The notes: a model not told the origin generated them from the sequence alone. 64,000 nucleotides of DNA from Candidatus Anstonellaceae archaeon (GCA_038891035.1 JAWAEW010000005.1:1425-65424); one strand, 5' to 3'. Counted from the first letter of the stretch, positions 1-10,043 are shown. Program-made: numbers and translations.

Positions 1-62
1 ATTGCATTTGCTGCTCCTGCAAAAAGCAAGGAAGCAAACAACAGCACAAAGAATAATCGCAT
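1..62 (-). CDS. Partial CDS (N-terminal signal peptide only, MRLFFVLLFASLLFAGAANA...) of a secreted protein running out of the window start
   Basis: Reverse-complement of 1-62 begins ATG and encodes a classic hydrophobic signal peptide. The gene continues beyond position 1. Confidence 0.3.
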   Translation of the reverse strand, partial: MRLFFVLLFASLLFAGAANA

Positions 63-159
63 ACGATCGCCTCCACGAAGAAATTCGAAAGTAAAATTTA
101 AAAACGTGCAGTTTTGAGAGGATTAAAATTTTTGGCTCAAAAATATATGCGGGGATTTT

Positions 160-768
160 TTGTTTGCCGAATTAAAAAAGGAAGATGCATTTGCAAATGC
201 TATCATAAATCTTGCTAACCAAAAGCTTGGCTTGCCTTATGGGAAAGACGGGTATAATTGCGTTACATTAGTTTTCAGTGTTTTAAGAGAGGTTGCAAAA
301 AATGAAGGAAAAGAGTTCCGTGCGCCTTGGTTTGTTAATGGAGGAACTTTGGTGAAAACCTTAACAGAACCTACGCCGATTTATTTGCCATCTCAGCTGA
401 AAACACAGAAAGGAGATATGCTAATGAGAGTGACTGAGGCAAAAAGCTTTCGAGAAATAATGCAGCATTATAAAGCCGGGGATATGGCTCTAAGAATTAT
501 AGATGGAAAGGTACATGCAATTACGCAAGAGGAAGCTAAAAATATGTTTCTGAGAGGTGAGAAAGTTTATCTTGTAAAGCACTATCTTATTTCAACTGGA
601 GATGCAGTAATTCATGCTTCAAGCTCCAAAGATAAAGTGGTAAAGGAAAAGTTGGAAAGATACCTCGAAAAGAACAGACGCTCGTCTTTTGTTGTAATTA
701 ACCTACATGAAATATATATGTTAGGTGCCAGCACAGTTGCCAAAGCACAGCCAGGGTTTCTGGAGTGA
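160..768 (+). CDS. NlpC/P60-like putative cysteine peptidase (hypothetical)
   Basis: Y-G-KDGYNC-VTLV resembles the NlpC/P60 Cys motif (YxxGG..DCSGlv). A downstream HYLISTGDAVIHASS resembles the HvGIYiG..viHA His motif. Confidence 0.45.
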   Translation: MFAELKKEDAFANAIINLANQKLGLPYGKDGYNCVTLVFSVLREVAKNEGKEFRAPWFVNGGTLVKTLTEPTPIYLPSQLKTQKGDMLMRVTEAKSFREIMQHYKAGDMALRIIDGKVHAITQEEAKNMFLRGEKVYLVKHYLISTGDAVIHASSSKDKVVKEKLERYLEKNRRSSFVVINLHEIYMLGASTVAKAQPGFLE

Positions 769-772
769 AAGG

Positions 773-1996
773 ATGGTGGTCCCAAAAATAGGTAAAAAGG
801 CAGTAGCACTTCACAAGAGATTGCGAGGGAAGCTTGAAATCCATTCCAAGCTTGATGCTTGCAACAAATCCGGGCTTTCGCTTGCTTATACTCCCGGAGT
901 AGCATATGTTGCAGCAGAGATTGCAAAGGACTTTAACAAAGTTTATGAGATGACAATAAAGTGGAACAGCGTGGCTGTAGTATCAGATGGTACTCGTGTT
1001 CTTGGACTCGGAAATATAGGGCCTTATGCGGCTTTGCCTGTAATGGAAGGTAAAGCGCTGCTTTTCAAAGCATATGCAAATATAGATGCGTTCCCGATTT
1101 GCCTTGCATGCAGCAGCAGTCAAGAAATAATTGCTGCAACAAAAAGCATTGCTCCTTCATTTGGAGGAATAAATCTCGAGGATATCGAATCCCCTAAGTG
1201 CTTTGAAGTGGAAAGGAGGCTTCAGCAAGAATTGGACATACCAGTCTTTCATGATGACCAGCACGGCACTGCCGTAGTGGTGCTTGCTGGGCTGAAAAAC
1301 TCGCTTAAGCTTGTGGGCAAGGACAAAAAAAGGGCAAAGGTGGTAGTGGCTGGAGCAGGCGCGGCAGGATATGCAATTGCAAAACTGCTGCAAAAGGATG
1401 GCTTTGGAAATATAATTGTCTGCGACCGCAGCGGGATTTTGTACCCGAAGGAAGGCTTGCCTGCACATAAGCAGGAACTTGCTTTGCTCAATAAGGAAGG
1501 GGTACAGGGTTCTCTTTTTGATGCACTTGATGGAGCGGATGTCTTTGTTGGAGTTTCTGCCCCAAATATTTTGAAGGCAAAACACATCAAAAAAATGGCA
1601 GACTCGCCAATAGTTTTTGCGCTCTCAAATCCTATCCCCGAAATTTCTTCTAATGATGCAAAAAAAGGAGGTTGTGCTGTCTTTGGCACTGCGCGCGCAG
1701 ACCTTCCAAACCAAATTAACAATGTGCTTGGATTCCCAGGTATTTTCAGAGGCTCACTGATGGTGAGGGCAAGAAAAATAACAGATGAAATGAAGCTTGC
1801 TGCTTCTGAGGCAATTGCGAATGTAGTAGGAGAAGAAATCAGCAAAAGCAAGGTAGTGCCTGCAGCATTTGACAGAAGGGTGGTTCCTGCGGTTGCAAAA
1901 CAGGTTGCTCTTGCTGCAATAAGCTGTGGAGTAGCTCGCCTCAATAAAAGCAGAAGTGAGATAAGAAATGATTTAATAAATCTGGGATTGATATAG
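773..1996 (+). CDS. NAD(P)-dependent malic enzyme (small archaeal type)
   Basis: AYTPGVA motif, GAGAAG Rossmann motif and GFPGIFRG motif. ATG at 773 with upstream GGAG follows the stop of the previous gene. Confidence 0.85.
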   Translation: MVVPKIGKKAVALHKRLRGKLEIHSKLDACNKSGLSLAYTPGVAYVAAEIAKDFNKVYEMTIKWNSVAVVSDGTRVLGLGNIGPYAALPVMEGKALLFKAYANIDAFPICLACSSSQEIIAATKSIAPSFGGINLEDIESPKCFEVERRLQQELDIPVFHDDQHGTAVVVLAGLKNSLKLVGKDKKRAKVVVAGAGAAGYAIAKLLQKDGFGNIIVCDRSGILYPKEGLPAHKQELALLNKEGVQGSLFDALDGADVFVGVSAPNILKAKHIKKMADSPIVFALSNPIPEISSNDAKKGGCAVFGTARADLPNQINNVLGFPGIFRGSLMVRARKITDEMKLAASEAIANVVGEEISKSKVVPAAFDRRVVPAVAKQVALAAISCGVARLNKSRSEIRNDLINLGLI

Positions 1997-2001
1997 TAGC
2001 G

Positions 2002-3927
2002 GTGGTAGTAATGCGATGGTTGATGCTGCTTTTGCTTGCATCTCTTGCAAGTGCCAATTTTGTATATCTTTGGACATATAATGGGACGAATCCGGATGAA
2101 AGTAATGAGAATCTTCTTTTCTCTCAGCCTTCGGCAGTGGAGGTGCATCAGGGAAAACTTTTTGTTGCAGATGATGGAAGACGGCGCATTTATGTAATGA
2201 ATGCAACTGCTCCAGAGAACACAACTCAGCGGATAAGAATTGTCGACCCGCAAGGGGAAGAAGCTTTTGCCAATCCAATTAGGCTACAAATGGAAGGCGG
2301 CTTCCTTTACGTTGCAGATGGTAACAGTGGCAGGATAAAATACTATACGCAAGAGGGCTCTACTGTGTATGTTTGGAATACTGCAACAACCATCAAGAAG
2401 GCAAGTGGGGTAGTATTTGCTAAAGATTTTGCGTATATTGCAGACCAGGAGGAAGGGAGGATAGTTGCATATTCTCGCCAGACAAAATCCTATTCTAATA
2501 TAGTGGTTGAAAAGGGAGAGTCCGATGGTTTGCTTTCTTCGCCTTCTGACGTGCGCCTTTACAAGGATAGGTTTTATGTTTCAGACAGTGCAAAAAAAGC
2601 GATATACGTTTACAGCAAGGATTGGGAATTTGAGCAAGCAATTGGAAGAGGAAGAGGGGGCGTTGGCCTTTACTTGCCCAGAGGAATTCGGCTTTATGAG
2701 GACAAGCTTTATGTAGCAGACAGGAACGGCAATAGAATAGTGGTATTCACTTTGGATGGCTATCCAGTTGCAATTTTGAATGCAACTTCGTCAATAAACT
2801 TTTCATATCCTGAAGACATTGCAGTTTCAGATGGCAAACTGTATGTTGCGGACACCGGCAACCGCCTTGTGCATGTGTTTGCCATAAACTTCACAACAGA
2901 AAACGACACAGTTGCGCAAAGCCTTGCGATGGCAAAGCAGGAAGCAGAAAAGCTTTATGCCCTTTATGATGTGGCAAAGAAAATTGGTGCAGAATATGAA
3001 TCCTTATCTTTTGACGCAGAATTGGCAGAAGGAGAGGGATATTACAAAAGGATGCTTTATTCATCAGCAGAAAACATAGCATCCAGAGTTTACGCACAGG
3101 CAAAACAGGCAAGTGCAATCCTTGCACTTAAAATTGACGTAAAAATAAGGCAGGTAGTAAAAGGAGCAACCGATAAGTTTGCAGCAGTGCGCCAGAAAGC
3201 AAATGAAACGGTGCAACAGCAAGTGGATTCGCAGGCTTCAAAAATTCTGCAGTTGCTTAATGCAAAAGACTATGCCGCTGCTTCGGCTTCTGCTTTGGAT
3301 TTCAACCAAACGGTCGCATTGCTTGCAAAGGAAATCGAAACACAGGTGGCAAACCAGGCTAATTCTGAGTTTGAAAAGATGGTGCAAACTTTGAATTCCA
3401 GAAAGGCAAACATTGAATACCGCCTAGGCAATGTGAAGGATATGGCTCAAAAATACAGGCAAAACATAAATGTCACCAACCTTGAAAGGCTGCTTGCGCA
3501 GGCTTCACACGAGATTTCATCTGGTCTTTTTGAGGCTGCGATGCAGACGCTTGAGCTGGCTGAAACTGAAACAAAAGTGTTTGAAAATATGCTTCGCACT
3601 ACTTCGAAGGAGATAGATGCTGTGCTTCAGAACATAAGCTTGGTCGAGTTCAATATAAATAGCAGTTCCTCAAAATCGATGCTAATTTCGCCAAACCTGG
3701 CAGAAGAGTTTGAAATGCTTAAGCAGGCAAAGGAGCTGGCTTATTCCAATCCAGCAGTTGCAGCAGCAACTGCAGCAAAAATAGAGGTGGATGCGCAAAA
3801 CAAAATCAAGGAAGCCCAAACCCTTTCCATAGCTGCAGTTGCTATTATTATGATGGTTGGGCTGGTTGCTGCAATCTCTGCTGCAGTATATATTTACGTA
3901 CGCCAAAAGAAAAAGGAGAATAGATGA
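2002..3927 (+). CDS. Cell-surface NHL-repeat beta-propeller protein with coiled-coil stalk and C-terminal TM anchor
   Basis: N-terminal signal peptide. Six NHL-like repeats (LFVADDGRRRIYV, LYVADGNSGRIKYY, AYIADQEEGRIVAY, FYVSDSAKKAIYVY, LYVADRNGNRIVVF, LYVADTGNRLVHVF). Long Ala/Gln-rich helical region, then C-terminal TM followed by RQKKKENR. Confidence 0.7.
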   Translation: MVVMRWLMLLLLASLASANFVYLWTYNGTNPDESNENLLFSQPSAVEVHQGKLFVADDGRRRIYVMNATAPENTTQRIRIVDPQGEEAFANPIRLQMEGGFLYVADGNSGRIKYYTQEGSTVYVWNTATTIKKASGVVFAKDFAYIADQEEGRIVAYSRQTKSYSNIVVEKGESDGLLSSPSDVRLYKDRFYVSDSAKKAIYVYSKDWEFEQAIGRGRGGVGLYLPRGIRLYEDKLYVADRNGNRIVVFTLDGYPVAILNATSSINFSYPEDIAVSDGKLYVADTGNRLVHVFAINFTTENDTVAQSLAMAKQEAEKLYALYDVAKKIGAEYESLSFDAELAEGEGYYKRMLYSSAENIASRVYAQAKQASAILALKIDVKIRQVVKGATDKFAAVRQKANETVQQQVDSQASKILQLLNAKDYAAASASALDFNQTVALLAKEIETQVANQANSEFEKMVQTLNSRKANIEYRLGNVKDMAQKYRQNINVTNLERLLAQASHEISSGLFEAAMQTLELAETETKVFENMLRTTSKEIDAVLQNISLVEFNINSSSSKSMLISPNLAEEFEMLKQAKELAYSNPAVAAATAAKIEVDAQNKIKEAQTLSIAAVAIIMMVGLVAAISAAVYIYVRQKKKENR

Positions 3928-4565
3928 TTTCTGATGAGCTTTTTTCAAAGGCAGAACTTGCAATTGCTACAATTGCGGCAGCCGTAGGGATTTTAGGACT
4001 AATCTTGTCTGCCGTGGGCTATCTTTTGTTTTTTCTTTTTGTGCAGCAAATTGAAAATGCGGCAAAGTCGCAGATTGACTCTCTTGCAGTGCAGCTTGAG
4101 GACGCACGTCAACTGGCAAATCAAGCTGCGGCATCCACAGAAAGAGTTTCTATGATTGTAATTGGTCTTGGAGAAGGGGTTTCGCACTACTCTACTGCAA
4201 CTAAAAATCTCTCTGATTCTATGTCTGATATTGCCAAAGTTCCTCCTTTTTCACTTGATGCGAGGTTTGGTTCAGCTGTCTCAAATCTGAAGTCAGCTTC
4301 GCTTGCGCTTTCAAAAGCTGCTGTAGCAGCAAACGAAAGCAGTGCTTCAATCATCAACACTGCTGCAACTTTGAATAAAACTGCAAGCGACTTAGGAAAT
4401 GCTAAAAATTCGCTTATGGAGGCAAAAAAACAGCTGAAAGAAGCATTTGGCATGCTTAATTTGGCGGCTTTAGCGGCATTTTTTGCTCTTGCCTTGGTTT
4501 TCTTTTCTGTAATTTTGCTTTCTGCCTTGAAAATTGCAAAGCAGTATGTAAGGAAAAAAAACTAA
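3924..4565 (+). CDS. Membrane protein with N- and C-terminal TM helices and central coiled coil (hypothetical), translationally coupled to the NHL protein (ATGA overlap)
   Basis: Start overlaps the upstream stop. Hydrophobic segments at both ends. Confidence 0.5.
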   Translation: MISDELFSKAELAIATIAAAVGILGLILSAVGYLLFFLFVQQIENAAKSQIDSLAVQLEDARQLANQAAASTERVSMIVIGLGEGVSHYSTATKNLSDSMSDIAKVPPFSLDARFGSAVSNLKSASLALSKAAVAANESSASIINTAATLNKTASDLGNAKNSLMEAKKQLKEAFGMLNLAALAAFFALALVFFSVILLSALKIAKQYVRKKN

Positions 4566-5344
4566 TCATCTGCAAGCATTTGAAGTATCCTGCTGTGCTG
4601 CCTTCCATTTGAACAAAGCATTCTGGAAGTATAAAGCGACCAGGTCTTCCCCTCGAAATCTGTCACTTTTGCCCCTGCCTGCTGAGCTATAAAAGCTGCA
4701 GCTGCAAAATCATATGGCTTGAGCTTGAAAGAAAGCTGTGCATCCGCAATCCCGCATGCTACATAGCCTATTTCATATATTGTAGAGCCAAGGAATCTGG
4801 TATGCTGGCTCATCTGCTCAAGCTGAACTACCTTTTCCAAAAGACCCTGTTGCTTTATGACATGAAGCCTGCTGTCGCAAAGCAGGAAAAAATTTTCCAA
4901 AAGAGCAGTTTTTGAGACAGAAATCGGCTTTCCATCCATAATTGAGCGATTACCTTTTTCAGCAAAAAGCAACTTTTTTTGCGGAATGAAGTATATGCCA
5001 CCTGCCACTGGTTTTCCTGAGGAAAAGTATGCAACTGAAACACCGTAGATGGGAATTCCCCAGATGAAATTGTGAGTTCCGTCTATTGGGTCTATCACAA
5101 AAAGAGAGTCAGCTTCCAAATCTTGCGATGAAAAGCTTTCTTCGGAGAGGATTTTTGCATCTGGAAACTCCTTTGCTATTCTGTCTACAATGAATTTTTC
5201 TGCTGCCAAATCTGCTGAGGTTGCCATGTCGCGCCTGCCTTTGAGCTTGATTGAAAGCTTCTTTTTTGACTTTTCTATTGTTTCTGCAGCACCGATAAGA
5301 CAAGAAGTGATGAATGCTTTTAGGCTCATGACCTCAACTTGCAT
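4562..5344 (-). CDS. Inositol monophosphatase / fructose-1,6-bisphosphatase family protein (SuhB-like)
   Basis: FVIDPIDGTHNF and WGIPIYGVSVAY motifs of the IMPase/FBPase family. True start is probably a few codons inside the ORF (MSLKAF...). Confidence 0.8.
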   Translation of the reverse strand: MQVEVMSLKAFITSCLIGAAETIEKSKKKLSIKLKGRRDMATSADLAAEKFIVDRIAKEFPDAKILSEESFSSQDLEADSLFVIDPIDGTHNFIWGIPIYGVSVAYFSSGKPVAGGIYFIPQKKLLFAEKGNRSIMDGKPISVSKTALLENFFLLCDSRLHVIKQQGLLEKVVQLEQMSQHTRFLGSTIYEIGYVACGIADAQLSFKLKPYDFAAAAFIAQQAGAKVTDFEGKTWSLYTSRMLCSNGRQHSRILQMLADD

Positions 5345-5362
5345 GCAAAAAATAAAAAGGCA

Positions 5363-5944
5363 TTATTTGCTGTAAAGCATAAAGAGGGTCTGATTGTAAA
5401 TTCTCTGAGCATGATTGCGAAGACCTGCCTTTTCATAAAGCCGTTCTGCTTCTATAAAATAAATCATTTTTCTTTGCTTGCTGCAAGTGAAATTAGCAGC
5501 ATCTTCAAATGAAGCTGCCGCTGAAATAAAATCAAGCTTCTTCATAAATGAAGCGGCAGCATGGATTTGCAATTTTTCAAAAGAATCGAGCTTGTCTTCA
5601 TCTAACGACTCAAGATAAAGGATATATGTGCTTGCCCATTTTTTCAAGCTTGAGACCAAATAAAGGTCTGCAGCAAGCTTAAGTATTCTTACTTTGTAGG
5701 GAGGATTTAGAGCTGAAAAAGATACTAGCATGTCTGCTGCTTTTTTTGGCATTCCTGCTTGAAGATAAAGCAAAGCTGATTCAAGATGAAGATAAGGACT
5801 GCTGTGCCCCAAGGATGCTTTGCACTCTTTAATTTTGGCCTTCAAAAAATAAAGCGGGTGAAAAATTTTCCTTTGGTGTTGGGTTTTAAGCTGATGAAAA
5901 GTGGATGCAAGCTGTTGGAGTTTGTAAGATTGGTTCATGTGCAT
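5363..5944 (-). CDS. Hypothetical helical (TPR-like) protein
   Basis: ORF only. Helical repeat-like composition, no recognisable catalytic motif. Confidence 0.35.
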   Translation of the reverse strand: MHMNQSYKLQQLASTFHQLKTQHQRKIFHPLYFLKAKIKECKASLGHSSPYLHLESALLYLQAGMPKKAADMLVSFSALNPPYKVRILKLAADLYLVSSLKKWASTYILYLESLDEDKLDSFEKLQIHAAASFMKKLDFISAAASFEDAANFTCSKQRKMIYFIEAERLYEKAGLRNHAQRIYNQTLFMLYSK

Positions 5945-6477
5945 GCAGAAGGCTTTGGAGAGGAAAACTTATCGCATATCCAGGATTTGAGCTGCTCTTT
6001 TGGCATCTCACCTTCTGTTTTGTATTGTCCATTGATTATGAAGGTTGGAAAGCCCCTAAACATACCTTTTTCAGTATAAAATGAATACACTTGAGCAACA
6101 TCTTTGTTAGTACCTTTGTCTTCGTCTCTCCATCTTCTTACAACAAAGCGAGGGGACTGCAATTCTTTTTCAAGCTCTGCAAGCACTGGTTTCATTTTCT
6201 GGCAGTGCCCGCACCAGTCAGCATAAAGGAAATCCAAGGTGACTTCTGCTATTGGCTCAAGGTTGGGTGAGAGTTGAGTTTCCTGGGCTTGATAAGAAAG
6301 GGAAGGAGAGGAAGATGTAAATGAAATTGATCTTATGGATTTTTGTATGTTTGAAAAGCTAATGTAAATGGATGCACTTATTAGAAGAGCTGCCAAAATT
6401 ATTGCAATTGCAGTCACTAATCCTTTTTGCCTCTCATGAAAAGGAATGGGATTTTCTTCCTTAGCCACATGCACCAC
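5935..6477 (-). CDS. Membrane-anchored thioredoxin-like thiol-disulfide oxidoreductase
   Basis: N-terminal TM helix then a thioredoxin fold with WCGHCQ active site (LYADWCGHCQKMKPVL). GTG start. Confidence 0.7.
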   Translation of the reverse strand: MVHVAKEENPIPFHERQKGLVTAIAIILAALLISASIYISFSNIQKSIRSISFTSSSPSLSYQAQETQLSPNLEPIAEVTLDFLYADWCGHCQKMKPVLAELEKELQSPRFVVRRWRDEDKGTNKDVAQVYSFYTEKGMFRGFPTFIINGQYKTEGEMPKEQLKSWICDKFSSPKPSACT

Positions 6478-7630
6478 CTGCTACTGCGCCACTTGCCTGA
6501 TAAGTAAAACCGAATCCTGGCGCATATGCTTGGTTGGAGAGGGTCTTGGAACACTCAGATGGGGGAGTCGTGAATGCAGCGCAGACTGTCTTTAGTATGC
6601 TCTGCGGGTCTCGAGCTTGGTTTTCCACAACAACCCCATTGACCACAAAAGTGGGCGATCCCCTCACGTTGTATTTCTTATTTAGCTCATCATGAATAAG
6701 AAATAGTGGGTATCTTCCGCTGAGGTATTTTGATGGATCCTTAAGATTTGCTGTAATGTTGAATTCTGCATCTGTCTTGTTTGTACATTCCTGAAGTTGC
6801 GTCCTATCAACTCCAATTGCATTAAGGCATTCTTCTGATTTTGAATTGTTAAGGAAGCAAGAAAGATACTTGAAATAGAGGCTTTTGTTTTGAATTTGGA
6901 GACAGTATTGAAGCTGGTTTTCGTATGCTTCAATATCCTCATGCATTATATAGTTTACAAATCGGATGTTCCAGTTGACTTTGTCCCCTAGCAAATCAAC
7001 AACTGGGAGCATTCCTTTTTGCATTTGTGTCCCAAATGGGCAGTAGGACATTACAAAAAGCTCAACTGTTGGCTTTTCTGTTTTCTGCATGCATGAAAAG
7101 TGGGACTTGCATGCTGCGTCCTGGCAATCTGCTGCTCCATTTCCATCATCATCCAAACCATTCCCGCAGATCTCTGCTTTCGGGTCAAAAAAACCTAAAG
7201 GCAGAGAATAGTAATTTCCAGCTTTGCTTAGATACTGTGCTAGTTGGGGATAGGCTGAGGAAGAGCGCACCGAATCGTCAAAAAGAAAGAGTGGCAAAAG
7301 TTCTCTGCCACCTGCACTTTCGTAGAGTGCTTTGCCTTTGGAGTCAGAATAATCATATTGCTCTACATTAAGGTTTGGTACGAGAGAATTCAATTGTGGG
7401 AGAATCTGCGATACCGCCTGCGGGCATTCATCACAGCGCTTATCGCTAATAATGTAAAGGTTAACCTTGGAAGGCGCAGAAGATGAAACATTTTGCACAG
7501 GCGCAGCCTGAGGAAGCCGAATTCCTGAAATGGATTTTTCTATTCCACCTGAAGAAAAATAGATGGATGCCGAAACCAAAATAGCTGCCAAAAGTATAGC
7601 AATCCCTATGATATATTCTTCATCTGCCAT
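6461..7630 (-). CDS. Membrane-anchored protein with two thioredoxin-like domains joined by a Cys/Asp-rich linker
   Basis: N-terminal TM (IIGIAILLAAILVSASIYF). First domain has a CDEC CxxC motif. Linker is CGNGLDDDGNGAADCQDAAC. Second domain has YCPFG...PTFVVNG, a thioredoxin-fold cis-Pro region. Probable start is MADEEY at 7630. Confidence 0.55.
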   Translation of the reverse strand: MADEEYIIGIAILLAAILVSASIYFSSGGIEKSISGIRLPQAAPVQNVSSSAPSKVNLYIISDKRCDECPQAVSQILPQLNSLVPNLNVEQYDYSDSKGKALYESAGGRELLPLFLFDDSVRSSSAYPQLAQYLSKAGNYYSLPLGFFDPKAEICGNGLDDDGNGAADCQDAACKSHFSCMQKTEKPTVELFVMSYCPFGTQMQKGMLPVVDLLGDKVNWNIRFVNYIMHEDIEAYENQLQYCLQIQNKSLYFKYLSCFLNNSKSEECLNAIGVDRTQLQECTNKTDAEFNITANLKDPSKYLSGRYPLFLIHDELNKKYNVRGSPTFVVNGVVVENQARDPQSILKTVCAAFTTPPSECSKTLSNQAYAPGFGFTYQASGAVAGGACG

Positions 7631-7737
7631 TTTGCACCTCCGTGTGCAGATTTTCATAACAAGATTTTTAAAGCAGCCTACATGCAAAGCTGAGTCTTTG
7701 CAGTAAAGTTTTTATTTGAAGATAAAAAATTGTTAGC

Positions 7738-9711
7738 ATGACGCTTGCTCTTTCGGCTTTTGACCTAGTGCCTTCTTCGGCAAAATATCTTGAATGGCTG
7801 ATTGCAAGTGGAAATGGGGCATATTCGTCTTCAACTGTAATCGGGATGAACAGCCGCAAATATCATGGTTTGCTTATTGCTCCGCTTGAAGGCCATTACA
7901 ACAGACACATAATCCTTTCAAAGCTGGAAGAAGAAGTGACAATAGGGGAGAAGACATTTCCAATCTCAACAAACTCTTATCCCGGAGTAATCTATCCAAC
8001 TGGGTACAAATTCCAGGTTGGATTTTTCTTTCGTGCCCATCCAACTTTTGTGTATGCATTGGATTCTGTTAAGCTTGAAAAGTCTGTAAGAATGCTTTAC
8101 GGCAAAAGCACTGCAGTAATTTCCTATAGAATTGCCCAAGGCAAAGAGAGTGTAAAGCTATCCATAAGTCCTCTTCTTGCACCTAGGCAAATACATGCCG
8201 ATTTTGCAAATACTAATGTCGAGTTTCAGAAAGAAAGGGGAGGGGTTCGTATAGTGCGTCCAATTTCATTCAGGCTTTGCGCAAGCCATGGCAACTTTGA
8301 GGCAAGCCCCCAGCAGTATTACAATATGACATATGAGATTGAAAAGGAAAGAGGATATTATTATACTGAAAATTTGTTCTGTCCTGGAAAATTCATTGCT
8401 GAGCTTGGACCGAAAGAGGAACTTCATGTGGTTGCTTCGGTTGAAGGGATTTTGCCTTCTGAGGCTCTCGAAATTTTAGACAGGCAGCAAATTAGACAAG
8501 CGCATCTTTTGGAAGGATATTCTAGAACTTCTGGCGTTGATTTGACTGATTTTGCAGAGACCCTAAATTTTGCAGCAGATACTTTTGTGATTGGCACTGA
8601 AAGCCACAAAGGCATTCTTGCAGGCTACCACTGGTTCCATGAATGGGGCAGAGACAGCATGATAGCTTTGCCTGGCCTGCTTTTATGCACCGGCAGGCAT
8701 GCACTGGCAAGAGAAGTGCTCTCATTTTGGGCGCGGATGATGCAGGATGGTCTTATTCCAAATTACATAGATGAAAACAATTTTGCACACTACACCTCCT
8801 CTGATGCTTCTCTGTGGTTTTTGAATGCGGTCGGGCATTATCTTGATGCGACCGAGGATGAGAACTTCGTTAAGGAACATTTATGGAAATACATAAGAGA
8901 GGTTATCAATTCCTATGTTGAAGGCAATAGACTAGCCAGAATGGACAGCGATTTCCTAATTTACGTATTTGAGCCCGCATCCACGTGGATGGATGCCAAG
9001 GTGAATGGAGTTGCAGTCACACCAAGAAAAGGAAAGCCTGTTGAAATAAATGCGCTGTGGTACTCTGGCTTGTCGCTTGCTTTTGAGCTGGCAGAAAGAT
9101 TTGAGGATAGAAAAACGTATGACCTTGTCAAAAATATAATAGATGAAGTGGAATTGAATTTCCAGAAATTTGTCTCGACCGAAGGCTGGCTTTTTGATGT
9201 AATAGAGCCTAATGATGCCTCTTTTCGGCCAAATCAGATATTCTCAGTTGCACTTTACAAAAGTCCGCTCAATTCACTCCAGCAAAAATATGTATTCAAT
9301 ACAGTCAGATCCAAGCTTTATACCCCTTTGGGGCTGAGAACTCTTTCACCTGATGACAAAAGATATTGTGAGCATTATCGTGGAAATCAAGAAAGCAGAG
9401 ACAGGGCTTATCATCAGGGAATGATTTGGCCTTGGCTGCTTGGTCCATTTTATGATGCTCAGCTGAAAGTATATCCTGAAAGCTATGCACAAGTTCTTTC
9501 AGCCCTAAGGCCCCTTGCCGAAAAGCTGAAAGAAGGGTGCATAGGCAGCCTTCCTGAAATGTATGAGCCTGCCTCAGGAAAGCCGGCAGGTGCTGCAAGC
9601 CAAGCATGGAGCGTAGCTGAGATATTAAGGATATATACAAAAGTAAAGAAAGCAATTTCTCAAAATCCCAGGATAGCAATCCCGAACTACAATTACAGCA
9701 ACTTCAGATGA
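7738..9711 (+). CDS. Glycogen debranching enzyme (amylo-alpha-1,6-glucosidase, archaeal GDE type)
   Basis: N-terminal GDE_N-like domain (SRKYHGLLIAP). GDE_C catalytic region (GYHWFHEWGRDSMIALPGL). Confidence 0.85.
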   Translation: MTLALSAFDLVPSSAKYLEWLIASGNGAYSSSTVIGMNSRKYHGLLIAPLEGHYNRHIILSKLEEEVTIGEKTFPISTNSYPGVIYPTGYKFQVGFFFRAHPTFVYALDSVKLEKSVRMLYGKSTAVISYRIAQGKESVKLSISPLLAPRQIHADFANTNVEFQKERGGVRIVRPISFRLCASHGNFEASPQQYYNMTYEIEKERGYYYTENLFCPGKFIAELGPKEELHVVASVEGILPSEALEILDRQQIRQAHLLEGYSRTSGVDLTDFAETLNFAADTFVIGTESHKGILAGYHWFHEWGRDSMIALPGLLLCTGRHALAREVLSFWARMMQDGLIPNYIDENNFAHYTSSDASLWFLNAVGHYLDATEDENFVKEHLWKYIREVINSYVEGNRLARMDSDFLIYVFEPASTWMDAKVNGVAVTPRKGKPVEINALWYSGLSLAFELAERFEDRKTYDLVKNIIDEVELNFQKFVSTEGWLFDVIEPNDASFRPNQIFSVALYKSPLNSLQQKYVFNTVRSKLYTPLGLRTLSPDDKRYCEHYRGNQESRDRAYHQGMIWPWLLGPFYDAQLKVYPESYAQVLSALRPLAEKLKEGCIGSLPEMYEPASGKPAGAASQAWSVAEILRIYTKVKKAISQNPRIAIPNYNYSNFR

Positions 9712-10043
9712 CCCAGATATTTGTCCAGTTTCTCCTCTTGCGCCGGACCTACTGCAAAGCAGGTAATGGTGCCGGGTTCAACTTGCGTGTATCCTGCATC
9801 CTTTACAAGTGCGCAAGGAAATTGGGTGCGCACGCTTTCATAAAGTTCCAACAGTTCTTTTAAGCTTGCAACTTTAAGTACTATCTTTTTTTGCCCTTCA
9901 TTTACCCATTCATCCGCAGACTTTTTGTCTTTCTGCTGGCAGGCTTGAAATGCCAGCAATGATGCATGTGAAACTTGTGCAGCTAGCTTGCCTTTTCCCA
10001 TCTTCAAGTCAGATCGCACCACGATAGCCTGCTTTAGCCCCAT
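9693..10043 (-). CDS. pth2: Peptidyl-tRNA hydrolase, archaeal type (Pth2)
   Basis: MGLKQAIVVRSDLKMGKGKLAAQVSHAS...TCFAVGP is typical of Pth2 (~117 aa). The ORF-track N-terminal extension is probably not translated. Confidence 0.85.
   Translation of the reverse strand: MGLKQAIVVRSDLKMGKGKLAAQVSHASLLAFQACQQKDKKSADEWVNEGQKKIVLKVASLKELLELYESVRTQFPCALVKDAGYTQVEPGTITCFAVGPAQEEKLDKYLGHLKLL

Noticed and set aside
1249-2253. 334-aa ORF on the minus strand
   Set aside because: Antisense to the well-supported malic enzyme gene and low-complexity (Ser/Ala/Thr/Leu-rich). Judged a spurious shadow ORF.
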